From Paragordius varius (lineage: Eukaryota > Animalia > Nematomorpha), in assembly GCA_964247055.1 (NCBI GenBank), contig OZ176050.1, positions 15,166,784 to 15,230,783 on the forward strand: a stretch of DNA of 64,000 nt, read 5' to 3'. The position numbers and the translations under genes were made by a program. This document shows, piece after piece, positions 39,622 through 52,324 of the stretch. Every line of letters begins with the position of its first letter. The stretch's first letter is position 1. The notes under the pieces were generated by a model. The model saw nothing but the letters and a program-made list of their open reading frames with translations, had not been told where the DNA came from and did not search any database.

Positions 39622-40530
39622 TTAAATATCTTTTTTATTTCGTTTATCTCTTTCACGAACATCATCGAATTTGGCAACATCTTCATCGTTTGTTGTTAAA
39701 TCTGAATCGAATTTCCCGTCTTCATCCGAATCTCTAATATCATGACGGTTGTGTTCCTCATCATATAAATAAGAAAAGAAAGGTAATAAAACTCACCGTT
39801 TTTGTGGGCAACATCCTCTTAAAAAAATAAAGTCGTTTTTAAAAAACTTGGTTCTATAATATTATTTGTTCTAATTATGAAAAATTTATGTTAAGAAACT
39901 AATATATTCCTATTTGAAATCGTAAATAAGAAATCAACAAATCTTCCAATCAAATACTCGGTTTCATTTTTGTATTATGAGTAATCTAGTCTTTATAAAT
40001 GAAAACAGTGCCGTGTATGGCTAAAACGAAATCAAAAAAACTCTCTAAATTTTTAAATCACTACTAATAAAAAATGATAAATACCCCCTCAATCCGCCTC
40101 TTTATCATCATATTCATGGCGATCCCTCGGAGTTTTACTGGAATCAAAATCATTTTCCTGAGATTTATCGGATGAGTGGTCATTTTTTTCTTTGCTTGAA
40201 TCTTTCGAATCTCTATCACGTTCTCTTTCAATAATATCATTCTTGCAATTCATATCTATATTTTGCCAATATGGAGGTGGTTTCTTTTCTCTAACATTAC
40301 TATTTCTGGTAAAACCATCAATTTTTCTTTTATTGTCTGATATTACGTATGGACCAATAAACTAGAATTTCTATCATTTTTAGTGGGTTGAATTTCGTTG
40401 GACAGGATTAGGATTATAACCATGTTTTAATGTGCTTTACTTTAAGTGGGCTATGATATCTGTATCCTTTCTTAGCTTTACGGTTCTTTAACTCGCTAAG
40501 AACGGTTAGCAGGCGTTGAGCAAACCCTTC
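39622..40530 (-). CDS. Possible uncharacterised D/E/K/R/S-rich protein (fragments) or pseudogene
   Basis: Stop-free frame of 90 codons at 40361-40089, preceded by AG (FIGPYVISDNKRKIDG..KPPPYWQ..ERERDRDSKDSSKEK..*). A second charged frame ends with TAA at 39622 (RDSDEDGKFDSD..RERDKRNKKDI*). Candidate upstream exon KEGFAQRLLTVLSELKNRKAKKGYRYHSPLK. No family recognised and no complete model. Confidence 0.35.
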
Positions 40531-41327
40531 TTTGAATTAAATTGATAATAAGTAAGTATAAGTATAGTATTTAGTAAAAATCTACAAATTATTTATATAA
40601 ATTAACGCATTTTCTTACATTGTTTTTCAAAAAAATTTGTATTTAAAAAAATCATGGTAAGGTGTCCATTACAAAATTAAATAAGAAAAGTGGTTCAATA
40701 ATTGTAATATATTGGTTTGAAGCCACAGTTTACCAAAATTAATCGGATTATTTTTATAAGATCCGATTTTCTGAACTATATTGTAAATATACTAATGGAT
40801 CAATCGAAATTGTCATATATTTGCCTTAATTTTGAATATAAAATATATATATAAATTGCCCAAGAAAACTATATCACATACCGCTCGCAGGGATTAGAAG
40901 CATTATAAAAAGAATTAAAATAAATAAAAGATAATTATATCAATTTAGATTAAAAATGAACGATATAAATGCTTTAGCTTCCAGCAAGATTTGATCATAT
41001 TATAAATTTTAAATTAAACATATTAATATTATCCTGACTCCTAAACGTATCAATCGGTTCGAAGTTAATTTGTTTTTCAGGTAAAATTTTTATGTAATTA
41101 TAGATTATTATAAATAATTCACTTATATTAAAACAATTGCATGTTAAAAGCATGTGCTATCAATGGGCGTTAAAAAAATAAAAATTTTAACCAATTGTGG
41201 CGAAAAGAATGTTTTTTTAACCTAAAAAATTATTAAAAATATATTACACATGATGATATTGTGTTTTCAAGGCTATTTTACAATTCTTTGTGACAAAAAG
41301 CAAACAATTTCTTTAAATTAAAGAAAA

Positions 41328-44300
41328 ATGTATAAAAATTTATATTTTCTGCCTTATTTTTTGGGTCTTTTCTTGCGACGTCAGTATGCGTTCGTGTTGG
41401 TATCCAAAGCACCAACTTACTTTCAACATCAAAATACTTCCGATTCAGAATTAACCAATAATTTTAACACAATCGATGATATATCTGGGTTGAGTTTTCC
41501 AACAATTTCAGTTTTGTATATGCTGAAAAAATACCGGATAATTATTTAAGTTCCCAAATGCAAACCGAATTCCAAAGGCCAATAAGTCTCAAGGATGATC
41601 GCGAGATATTAAAGGGCCGAACATGGGAGGAATACGAATTAGTGCAAAGATATATGGCTTATCTTGATAATAATCAAACTACTGAATATAATGAAAGTTC
41701 TACCAAAAATGTTTTTGCGCCCTCAACCAAAAGCAATGGCCTATTTGAAACGGATATTGTTTTGACACCTCAAACAGCCCAATATTATTTCGGACGCAAT
41801 TCTCATCAAACAACGGAACAAAATTTGAATTCAATATTACCCAAAAAAGTATCCAGAGTTTATAAAACATGGAAAGATACGATGCCAATACGATATAAAT
41901 TGGAAGACCTGGAAGGTTGAACACATTAAATAACTCTAGTCGACAAATTTGGACATTTTTGAGCACCACCACTCAAACTTTTAAATTATGACTAATTTCA
42001 GTGTTTTAAAACCGAATCTGAAAAATTTTTTGATCCCGCCATTCAGAATTTTGAAATATTATAGGTTTTTCAATTTTTCAAAAACAAGAGAAAATCGGAA
42101 GAAAATTAAATATAACTTTATAATAAAATGTTATTATATTATAAACTTAATATCATTTAATAAAGCGTTTTAAACTCTATCTTTTGAATATAAATATGTC
42201 ATTTAAATATCAGAGAGAAAAAAATAGTACGGACTTAAACGTCAAAATTTAGTCTTTTTCTTTCAAGTGAATTTTTAATATGTATAAAAAAATTTTAAAA
42301 AATACTAAAAAAAGGCATTCTATGGTTTAAACCTTCGGCTTTTAGATAGGCTATATTTTTTTGTTAGTTTTCGTTCTTTCGAATACTTATCAGGCTTTTT
42401 TTCTTGAGTTGGTTCTTACAAAAAATCCTTTATTTATACCTAGTGGATATACTTTATTTTTTGAAATTATTGGTTGTTTTGTATTTTTAATTTCAGATGG
42501 ATGTTGTGTAGCCACTTTTAGTAGAATTTACTATTATGGGATTGGACCATTTGTATTTACCTAATCTTTTTATTCAATTTAATTGTAGAATTTATCAAAC
42601 TTTATTCTGTGAATTGGTTAATTTGACATGTCAATTTGCTTGGATTTTGCTTGCAAGTCTCTCTTATCGGGCTTTACGATTACTTATTGTTATCTTTGCC
42701 ATATCTGGCATAATTGGATCGCTTGGGGGATATGCAGAGCTTGTGCAGCCGCCCGGATCTATCACACTATACATAAGCCCCTTTTAGATTTTTAATACTT
42801 TGGCTCTTAGCTTGTTTAGTATCTTATTTAATGCCTAGAATTTTGTTATTCATGCATGGAATATTACTTGTATCGACTTGTTCGTTTGAATATTTAAACA
42901 TATGTACACGAGGAATGATTGTTATTTTTAAATTAAATACAAATTTAAAAATTAAATTTCGGAAAAATCCTATTGGTGGCCTCAATTTTCTTTTTTGTTT
43001 TGGCCTTTCCATGCCATTAGGTATCAAAAAATGCAAAAATAATGGGATGGTGCAAAACCTTGTTAAGCTGTGTAATTGTTTCATTTTGATTATTATTGGT
43101 TTAATTTAGTCATAACTTTGTATAAGTACCTAATATTATAGAACCTAAACATTATTGTTAGACATAGGGATTTATTGAAATTAAGTTAAACAGCAAAAAT
43201 ATAAAGATGATTAAATTTAAATCTATAGTGGGAACTATTAGGTATATTCCCATATATTTAGTTTTTGTAGTCATACAATATACTTTAGGTAATGATGTCA
43301 ATTAAGGGCGTTTTATATTTCATTTGCGCCTTTTTTTGAAAAATTCTATGATAGTTATTATAAATTTTAAGTCAACACATAAAATTATTTTATTAGATCC
43401 GTTGCTATATGATCAAATTATTGCAGCAATGTATCTTTGGCAAAATTTGACTTGCGTACGCTTCCAAGCCATACCTGACAACTCAAATGAAACTGTCCAA
43501 GGAGATCATTTAGTATTTTTTTCTGGGGCTGGGTAATTTATAATACCTATTTCTTTCAAAAACAAAAGTTTACATTTACTATTGTTAGCTGTTGGTCGTA
43601 CATTGGCAAAACAGGCGGAGAACAAACCATTTCAATAACAACGAAATGTGCGAAAGTTAGTATTTGTATTTATATCGATTTTCAGACAAAAGCAGCACTT
43701 TTTCAACCAAAGACAACATTTTTAGTTCTGTTACTATGGAAAATATTGCGGTTGGTTGAAAGACGTTGCTTTTGACTGAAAAATGGTATTAATGCAATTT
43801 GAAACAATCTTTTGCCGTAGATATATGGATTTTGTTTAATATTAAAATTAATATTTTTTGTCATACCTTTTATGTATAGATGTGAATTGGTAATACAATT
43901 AATTAAATATTTTATTGTAATTATATCTGTGGCTCTCAACCTCATTTTGTTTAAGCCCCACCAAATCGAAAATAAAAATTCTTGCGACCCCTCTCAAAAT
44001 CCAAGATATTATAAAATCCCAATCAATAAGATCCCTATATCACCATTTTTTAAAATATTTTTCCATATCAGTAAAAAGTGATAATTAGCAGCTAAAAAAT
44101 TTAAATTTGTTTCTACTTAATATTTAATTAATTCTCCAATTTTTTCGCGCCCTTATTTTTTCTATGCTCATCTTAGGGGCGTTGATCTCCTTTTGGAACC
44201 ACTGATTAGAAAGTTTATATTGGAAAAGTAAGGTTTACAAAACTATGGTGGTTTTTAGAAAAAAATATTTGACTTTTAACTTTTACGTTATGTCCCTTTA

Positions 44301-47300
44301 TATAGTTTCCGTTTTTACCGTAAAACTAACGGCAGGTGGGCGAAATAGCTCATGAAATTGGTCACGCTTTGGGTCTTTGGCACGAACAAAGTCGACCAGA
44401 TCGAGATTTTTATGTTGAAGTTCAATACCAAAATTTGGAAAATGATGCTTATCGTAATTTTGCCAAAGTTGCCAAAAATAATACCAAAATCCTAACTATC
44501 CCATACGATCTCAGTTCTATAATGCACTATGATCCGCATGTATTAATTTATATAAACTATATCAATTAGAGGCAACTATCACAGTGATTAATGCATTCAT
44601 AAATGCAACAATCAATTTATATGGAGTTAACTATTTTTACCACAAAAAATTGCCCAAGACTAGGGTTGTGCTGACCAATTCATGACCCATGACCAGGTCA
44701 GGGACTATTTATTTTTTAACCATGGTCATTTAAAAAACAGCTGTTTTTTGACAAATTGCTGGTAAATTTTTTTTGGAAGAGAAATAGTAAGGTTTATTTG
44801 TTTTTTAATATATTTTTTAAAAATATAAATTAAATATTTAAATATGCTAATTTAACAATATAAAATTGTTAAACATGCATCGTTATAACATTAACATTTA
44901 AACATAAGTTATTCAAAAAAAACAAAACAATCAAGCACTTAAAATATGCAATTATTCCATATATGTGAACCAATAAAATGAAAAAACATTTTATAATTGG
45001 ATATTACAATGACGAATGAAAGTGAAAAACAAACTAGGTAAAATTTTATTTTGAATATCCATTATTAAAAGCTTTGTATTTAAAGATTCATATGTGGCAA
45101 AATTTATTTGAAAACAAAATTCTTGATTAAATATAATATAAACCTTTAAGAAAAAACATGACGTGATTAGTGAAACCCAAGTGTCGTAGGAATATTGTTT
45201 TCACAATCCAATATCGCATGATATTTACTTAGGCAAAAAGTGGTCATGACCATTGTCTGACTGGGTCTGACCGGACTTTTTTAAAAAAGCAGTCAAATGC
45301 ACAACCCTACCTAAGACATATCCTTCTTTTAGGAAATGAGAGGCAATTCGTATTGCCATGAATATTCTCAATAAACATTCGGGAGTTTTTTGCGATTTTT
45401 GCAATATTTGTCAACAAATAAATTTACATAAATGAGGTTAAACCAAAAAACCTTACATCCGTAACTTTAAGGCATGACAAACAAAATTATATATTCATAA
45501 AAACTTTTTATTTGATATATTAGGCATTGTCCAAAAATGAGGAACCGACTTTGAAAACGTTAAAACCACGATTGCAACCTAGTATGGGAAACAGGGAATA
45601 TCTAACATTCTCTGACGCTAAGGCCATTAATGAAGAATATTGTCCAGGTACTATTACATATATCAGAGAATGATAAACAGGGGATATATTAATGGGCAAA
45701 ATCTGATTAAAATATCTCAATTTTGATTGAAAACATCAAGAATGTCATATATACTATATACCGGGTTATTTTTTTCTTTTTGAAAAGTTATAGTGAATTT
45801 TCCAAAATAGGTTGTAGTACCTGTTATCAATCTCATTTTAATATAAAAATATATAAGGTTTTTAGTTTTAAATTTCTCGAGATTTACGCTTTTCAAGTTT
45901 GATTTCACATAAAAAATGAAAATTATGCGGATAAAACGTAAAAATATAAAGACAACATTTTTTTCTAAAATACAACCATACATTTTTAATCAAATTTTTT
46001 TAAATAAAACTCATTGTCTCAAACTCCAAAGTACAGAATAGAGTGCATTTGGTAACACAATCAATTACATAATATCCGATCGTTATTAAATGATCTTAAT
46101 AGGATAAATTAAGGTTGGAAAAAAGCGCAGTTGTCTTTGATAAAAAATATTTGTCTTTAAAATCGTATAATTTAATTTTTTACTGTAATTATGAATTTTA
46201 GAAACTTGCGACCATGTTTATCGTCCAAGCAAATGTTATAGAAATGGATATCCGAACCCCAATAATTGTACCGAATGCCTGTGTCCGGATGGCTTTAACG
46301 GAGGACCCTACTGTGATCATTTAACACCGCATTCTCATCAACAAAGTTTTTTTTATTTAAACTAAAATTCTAAAAATTAATAATTTACAGTGTTGCAGTG
46401 AATATTGATATTATACAGAAATATTGTGAAAAATTTCAAAAGGCTGCCATATTTTCAAAACTTGAAATAGTATGTAAATTGGTAACATACCCAATTATAT
46501 AAATACGAAGATGTGTTTAAATAGTTTATGTGGAAACAAAAAACAAATGTTAAGAAGTATGGGGTTGTCTTTTAAAAAAGTAATAGTTGTCTTTATGTTT
46601 TTACGTTTTGCCTTAAAATTTATTTTTACTAAATATTCTTGGTTACAGGTTGTGGCAAAATTCAGATTTTTAAGGAAACGCCAGAAAACCATATATACGT
46701 TAACCATAAAATAGAGCTAACTAATTTTACATCCACAAATGTTATCAGTGATAATAATGAAAATGTGACTTTGATAGAATACGTTCAAATAAATGGCACT
46801 CGATTATTTGAATTCCAATGCACCTACCTTATAAAAGTAACGCATAAATAAATGTATTTCCAAACATTAAACTGTGTAAAGATTGGTAACTATATTATTG
46901 TTATTTTTGGACAATCGATATGCCTAAAATAAGCTTGGTAACTAATCTTAAATAAAAACCAGCCCAAGTTTGGGATCTAACACGGGTCCTAATTTAGTTA
47001 TTAAAAATTTTGATTCGGTGTTAACCTCTACAGAAAATTATTAAAAATCTTTTAGATAACCAGTATTTTATAATTATTACCAACGTTAGATAACCTCTAA
47101 CATAAATGATATGATTAATAAAATTAGGTATATAAATTATATAAAGGAATCAAAAATTTATAATTGGATGGTGACTTAAATAATTTTTTATATTTTAATC
47201 AATCAGGCTTATATAGTATAATTCAATTGACATATTAATATAGGTAGGTTTATGCGAGGATATCACATTAGAAGTGACAAAACTAAATGTGCCTGGTCGC

Positions 47301-48484
47301 GCGCCTGATAATGTTAGATGTTTGAATTGGGTCGAGATTCGCACTTTGCAAGATTTGTCTCAAACTGGTGAAAGGTATAAAATAGTTTATACGGACAAAA
47401 CCTAATAATATAAAAACAAATATATTTTTTCAAAAGGCACCATACTTGCAAAACCTTAATTTTTGCAATAAAAACTATTTTTTTATTGGATATGTTACCA
47501 TACAATTCTGTTCTCTGCAGCTTTAATTAATGATAAATCAATTTTGAATTTAATCATTGGCTTTTAGAATAAAAATTTGTCTCTATATTTTTACGTGTTA
47601 ATTTCGATTTTTACTGTCACACTCCATAACCTTTTTGGGTAGTTTAATATCCCAGAGGATTTGATATTTGAATATCTTAAAAAATATTGTTAGGCTGAAT
47701 TTAAATAATTTTTAGTATTTTCGGCGCATTATATGTTTTAAAAATGTAAGATTGTAAAAAAATGCTCATTCAATTTTTTTGCCATTTTCTTTCATTAAAC
47801 TTTGTTAATCTGCTACTGCAACAGGCAAATAAGTTATTATGGTTAGAAAATGTAATTAATGAAATTTATAAAACTTTTAGGCTAATAAACCAGCAAAAAC
47901 TGACATTTTATTATTTCATATCAGCTGTTCGTTTCAATCGTGTTTTGGAGCTGTACCTACTTTAGACGTTAAAGGTCACAAAACTGTAAATAAAAGCTTT
48001 TTTATCTAATACATAGAAACATTCGCACACCCGCTTTTTAACATTAAGCTGTTTTTACAAATTTTTCATATTTTTAAATTAGTGTTGCTATTATATTATC
48101 ATGCTTTATTTAAGGTATTTTAGATTCGTTGTGTTAGGTAAAACTTGTTATCGCAGATTTTTTCGTTTTTGACTTTTTGAAGTTTTGAATGCTTCCCCAA
48201 GATCGTTATATAGAAATTGGATTTAAAATATTTTTTTGTAAAATTTAAAACAATCATATGCCTTTTTATAATCATAGTTATCTCTTTGTCTATTAAATTT
48301 TAGGTTATGCGGAACTAACTTGCCAAAAGATGCGATATTTTCAGCCATTGGACAAGAAATGCTAATTCTCATACGATTTCACCGCATATCAGGATTAAAT
48401 GAAACAAGCATAACTTCGGACAATAATACCATACAGTTAGAATTTGAAGCCAAATATAAAATAAGTGATCAACTAATAATTTAA
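41328..48484 (+). CDS. Astacin (M12A) zinc metalloprotease: signal/prodomain + astacin + EGF-like + CUB, about 566 aa
   Basis: Exons 41328-41488, 41551-41915 (LFETDIVLT prodomain), 43397-43532 (LWQNLTCVRF), 43589-43655 (GCWSYIGKTGG), 44336-44539 (HEIGHALGLWHEQSRPDRD; SIMHY Met-turn), 45524-45647, 46202-46345 (CYRNGYPNPNNCTECLCPDGFNGGPYC), 46649-46836, 47244-47374 (CLNWVEIR), 48304-48484, all phase-consistent. A possible alternative last exon is 49097-49155, using the donor at 48465. Confidence 0.92.
44661..45309. mobile_element. hAT-superfamily MITE (649 bp) in astacin intron 5
   Basis: Perfect 11-bp TIR TAGGGTTGTGC ... GCACAACCCTA. 8-bp TSD CCCAAGAC / CCTAAGAC (7 of 8). Subterminal TGACC/GGTCA motifs. 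Confidence 0.9.
45908..46185. mobile_element. Family A MITE in astacin intron 6
   Basis: AAAATTATGCGGATAAAACGTAAAAATATAAAGACAAC ... TTGTCTTTAAAATCGTATAATTTAATTTTTTACTG|TA. Interior resembles the 2118-2465 copy. Confidence 0.8.
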
Positions 48485-48779
48485 CAAATTTACAATAATT
48501 ACAATTATACGGACAAAACGGAAAAATATACGGTAAGGATTAAAAAAGTATGGTTGTTATTTGAAAAAATTTATCTTTATATTTTTGGATTTTATTCGTA
48601 TAACTGCTGTATATTCCAGTATGGGGCGCAGAAAGATCATTTATATAAAACAAACATTATTATAATGTACAGTAAAAATTTAATTTTTTAAAGGGTCAAC
48701 CATACTTTATAAAACCAAATATTTTTTAAATTATTTGAGTTGTTACCAATTTCCATCTAGCAACCCAAAACGAGAGATA

Positions 48780-49029
48780 CAGTAAAAATTGAAATTATAC
48801 GGACAATGTAAAAAAATAAAGACAAATTTTTTTAAAAAAAACTACTATACTCCTTTAAATCTAAATTTTCGCATATAAATTATTTATACAATTATTATAA
48901 TGGGTGTTACCATTAATTTTTAACAATCAAATTTTGATATTTTAAGATTTAAAAATTGTGGCTGTCTTTTAGAAAAAAGTATTGTCTTTATGTTTTTTAC
49001 GTTGTGTCCGTATAATTCCATTTTTACTG
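48780..49029. mobile_element. Family A MITE
   Basis: TA|CAGTAAAAATTGAAATTATACGGACAA ... TTGTGTCCGTATAATTCCATTTTTACTG. Confidence 0.8.
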
Positions 49030-50326
49030 CTGTATGTACATAGATATATTTACCAACATATTTGATCGAAATATTTTATATTAACAACATATACAGGTAA
49101 AAAAGAAGACTGTCAAAATCCGTATAATCAATTCGCAAAGAAACTTACCAACTAAAATAATTATATTTTGACTCAATAAATATAGCATACTTGTCTTATT
49201 TTAAAACATTTTATTGCCCTTTAGGGTATTTGATACCTAAAAATTGAATATCTTTAAGGCTATTCAAATTTAAAAATGAATTTTTAGCATTGAGTGCATG
49301 CTAAATTTTTGTTTAAAAAAATTATTGTAATATTTATTCATCGTAAAGCTTTTTCTCGGCTATTTGTTTGGAATTTATCGCTAATACAACAGGCAAATAA
49401 ACTTCTACAAATAATTGTGAGAAAATGTAACCGGAATCGGGTTGGTTCCTTAACAATTTTAACATTTCCGAAATTGCGGATTTATATTTAGAACCGGTTT
49501 CCTTTTGGTACCCGTATTTTAATCAAATGAATTTTCATACAAATAATGATAGAGCTTTGTATTCTGGCAAATATGCAAAGTATATACATACGTTAGTAAT
49601 GTTATGTATGTGAATTATAAACTGTAAACATGAAATTAATGTTTGAATGTATACGCAAATGTGTTCAACATGAAACTTATTAAGTACCCATTATGAAAGT
49701 TTAATTGTTAAATAAATTAACTCTATTTACTTCTCAATTATAAAAACATAAAGCTAACTATTCTAAATCGTAAATTAAAACAAATTTAAAAACTCACCAA
49801 ATCTAAAAAACTGATCAATAGAGCTTTTTTTCACTTGAATTTTATAGGGAAAGGTATTTATAAGATGTATGAAATGTTTTGAAAAATTAAAAGCTAATTC
49901 AGCTTTGCATGTCAATTTTTTTATTTAAGCCTTAAATCGTTTTTGAACGCAATATAATGGGTAAACTCTAAATATAGTAGATAATGTTATTTAAAAAAAT
50001 TCAAAATCTTTTACCGCATAATAACTATTGAATTTGAATCGTGAAATTCCAATTTTTCCACATTAATTATTCTAAGTGTCCTTTAATGACCTACTGAAAT
50101 TTTTTAATTATAGTATTTAGCGTTAAGAAATATTCTTATGGTACATAGTATCAAAGACGCGTTTTTATCCGTTGTATTTAATTTTCTTGTGTGCGAATTT
50201 TTAAATTTGGTTGATAATATCAGAAAAATTAAACTAACTTTTATGTTTTAACCACATTTATCCCTTCCCTAATTATTATAATGAAGCTTATTATATATAT
50301 GGAATGATATATGATTCATATACGTA

Positions 50327-50612
50327 CAGTAAAAATTGAAATTATACGGACATAAAGTAAAAATATAAAGACAAATATTTTTTTCTAAAAGACTACCATA
50401 CTTTTTTAAAATCACCTTTATGTTTCCCTTATAAGCTACTTAGTTACAATTGTAAAATTTAGAATTGAATGTCTTAGTAATATATAAAAATATCTCTATT
50501 TCGCACTTGCCATTCCAAACAATGAGTGAAATTGAAAAAAGTATATTTGTCTTTTAGAAAAAAATATTTGTCTTTATATTTTAACGTTTTGTTTGTATAA
50601 TTTTATTTTTTA
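50327..50612. mobile_element. Family A MITE
   Basis: TA|CAGTAAAAATTGAAATTATACGGACATAAAGTAAAAATATAAAGACAAATATTTTTTTCTAAAAGACTACCATAC, with a degenerate right TIR. Further partial copies lie near 7180, 22000, 34220, 38930, 42230, 46560, 47580, 48510 and 59660. Confidence 0.78.
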
Positions 50613-50980
50613 TAAATAAAATAATGATTATTTACTGTTATAAATTTTCCAATTATAGTCAATGACCTTTGCATCGCCACCATAACCCCGGTATTATATA
50701 GATGTTTTATGAAAATACATCCTAAAATCATGTTTTTGCATTATTTTACTTAAAATGTAAATTATTAAACATGGCTGTAAAAATATAATATTGAGGTATA
50801 AAAATATTTGTTAATACAATCATAAATTTAATATATAAATATTTTTATGAACATTATAACGAATCAGTCCTATTTAATACGTCATTCATATGAATATACA
50901 AGTGATTCCTATACATATTATTTATAAATATGCTGGCATGTCTTAGTTAAGAGAACGTAAATTTAACATCCAAATATATA

Positions 50981-52324
50981 CCATTTCCCAGTCTAAATAA
51001 ACGTTTTCCCAGTCAATCGAAACTATTTCCCAGTCAATCGAAACATTTTCCCAGTCAATCGAAACGTTTTCCCAGACAATCGAAACATTCCAATCAATCG
51101 AAACATTTTCCCAGTCAATAAAAACATTTTCCCAATCAATAAAAACGTTTTCCCAGTCAATAAAAACGGTTTTATTTTGATGATAAATATCAAAACAAGA
51201 CATAAAAATAACTTTTAACCATTATCAGCGAATTATATGGATATTATTTTTTATAAAAACACAGTTATTGAATGACAATTTTCTAATTATCTTCCATACT
51301 TAATCATTAATGGCTTATTCTTCAAAAGTTATATTATTGGAATTTGAGATGAAAATAATATTTTTTTATTGATGGCATTATTTGCGGCTAACTTACAAAA
51401 TCTATAGTTACGGATGAAATATTAAAATTTAAAAATAATATACCATTTTTATCTCAATTATTTAGCACTTCATATTGGATCTTAAACATAAATTTTACCC
51501 TAATTTTATAATATTTGATATTTGGTTTTCGGGTGCCTAACGCGGCTTGCCGAATATCTTTGTGCGGCTCAGTAAAAATTTAGAAATCGTTATGCAAAAA
51601 TATGCCCACAAAATCTTAGTAATATTCATATTTCTTACGCAATTACTGTGAATGAGTCTATTAAATTGGTAACAAATTAAAAAAAATTGTTGAATTTTTG
51701 TATTTTACAGTCTTATGTCTAATCGAAAAATTATTTATAAAATATATCGGATGCGGAACGCCGTGCGCGAAGCCATTTGGTTGGACACCCCTGATTTAGT
51801 CAAATATCTTATTAAATATTTTTAAATTTAGATACTTTTTCTGACGGTATTCTTATGGAAAAACTTGTCATGTTTAAAAAGTGTTTTGAAGCGTTCGGCA
51901 TATAGTAATGCGAACCATCAATAAAATAAAAAATATTATCTTAAAAACATCTCAAATTACAAAAGATATAACTTTGAAAGAATAAGTCATTATTGATTGT
52001 CCACTGGAATATACTTGGAAAATTGTCATTCAATAATTGTTTTTTCATGAAAAATAATATCCTAACATTACGCTGATAATGGTTAAAAGTTATTTTTATG
52101 TCTTGTTTTGATATTTATCATCAAAAATAAAACCGTTTTTATTGACTGGGAAAACGTTTTTATTGATTGGGAAAATGTTTTTATTGACTGGGAAAATGTT
52201 TCGATTGACTGGGAAAACGTTTCGATTGACTGGGAAAATGTTTCGATTGACTGGGAAAACGTTTCGATTGACTGGGAAAATGTTTCGATTGACTGGGAAA
52301 ACGTTTATTTAGACTGGGAAATGG
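50981..52324. mobile_element. Non-autonomous long-TIR element (~400-bp TIRs) with 21-bp subterminal tandem repeats
   Basis: TATA|CCATTTCCCAGTCTAAATAAACG ... CGTTTATTTAGACTGGGAAATGG|TATA. Each TIR carries about 8-9 copies of ATTGACTGGGAAAA(C/T)GTTT(C/T)(G/T). Arms are ~50981-51385 and ~51914-52324. Confidence 0.85.
51528..51793. mobile_element. Degenerate hAT-like MITE nested in the spacer of the 50981-52324 element
   Basis: Right end GGTTGGACACCCCTG (reverse complement CAGGGGTGTCCAACC); left end TTCGGGTGCCTAAC. Flanks ATTTGGTT / ATTTAGTC (6 of 8) fit an old 8-bp TSD. Confidence 0.55.

Noticed and set aside
42320-43084. A minus-strand frame whose stops are all TAA/TAG, hinting at a ciliate-type code or contamination
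   Set aside because: The read-through protein is not recognisable, and the flanking genes terminate at TAA under the standard code.
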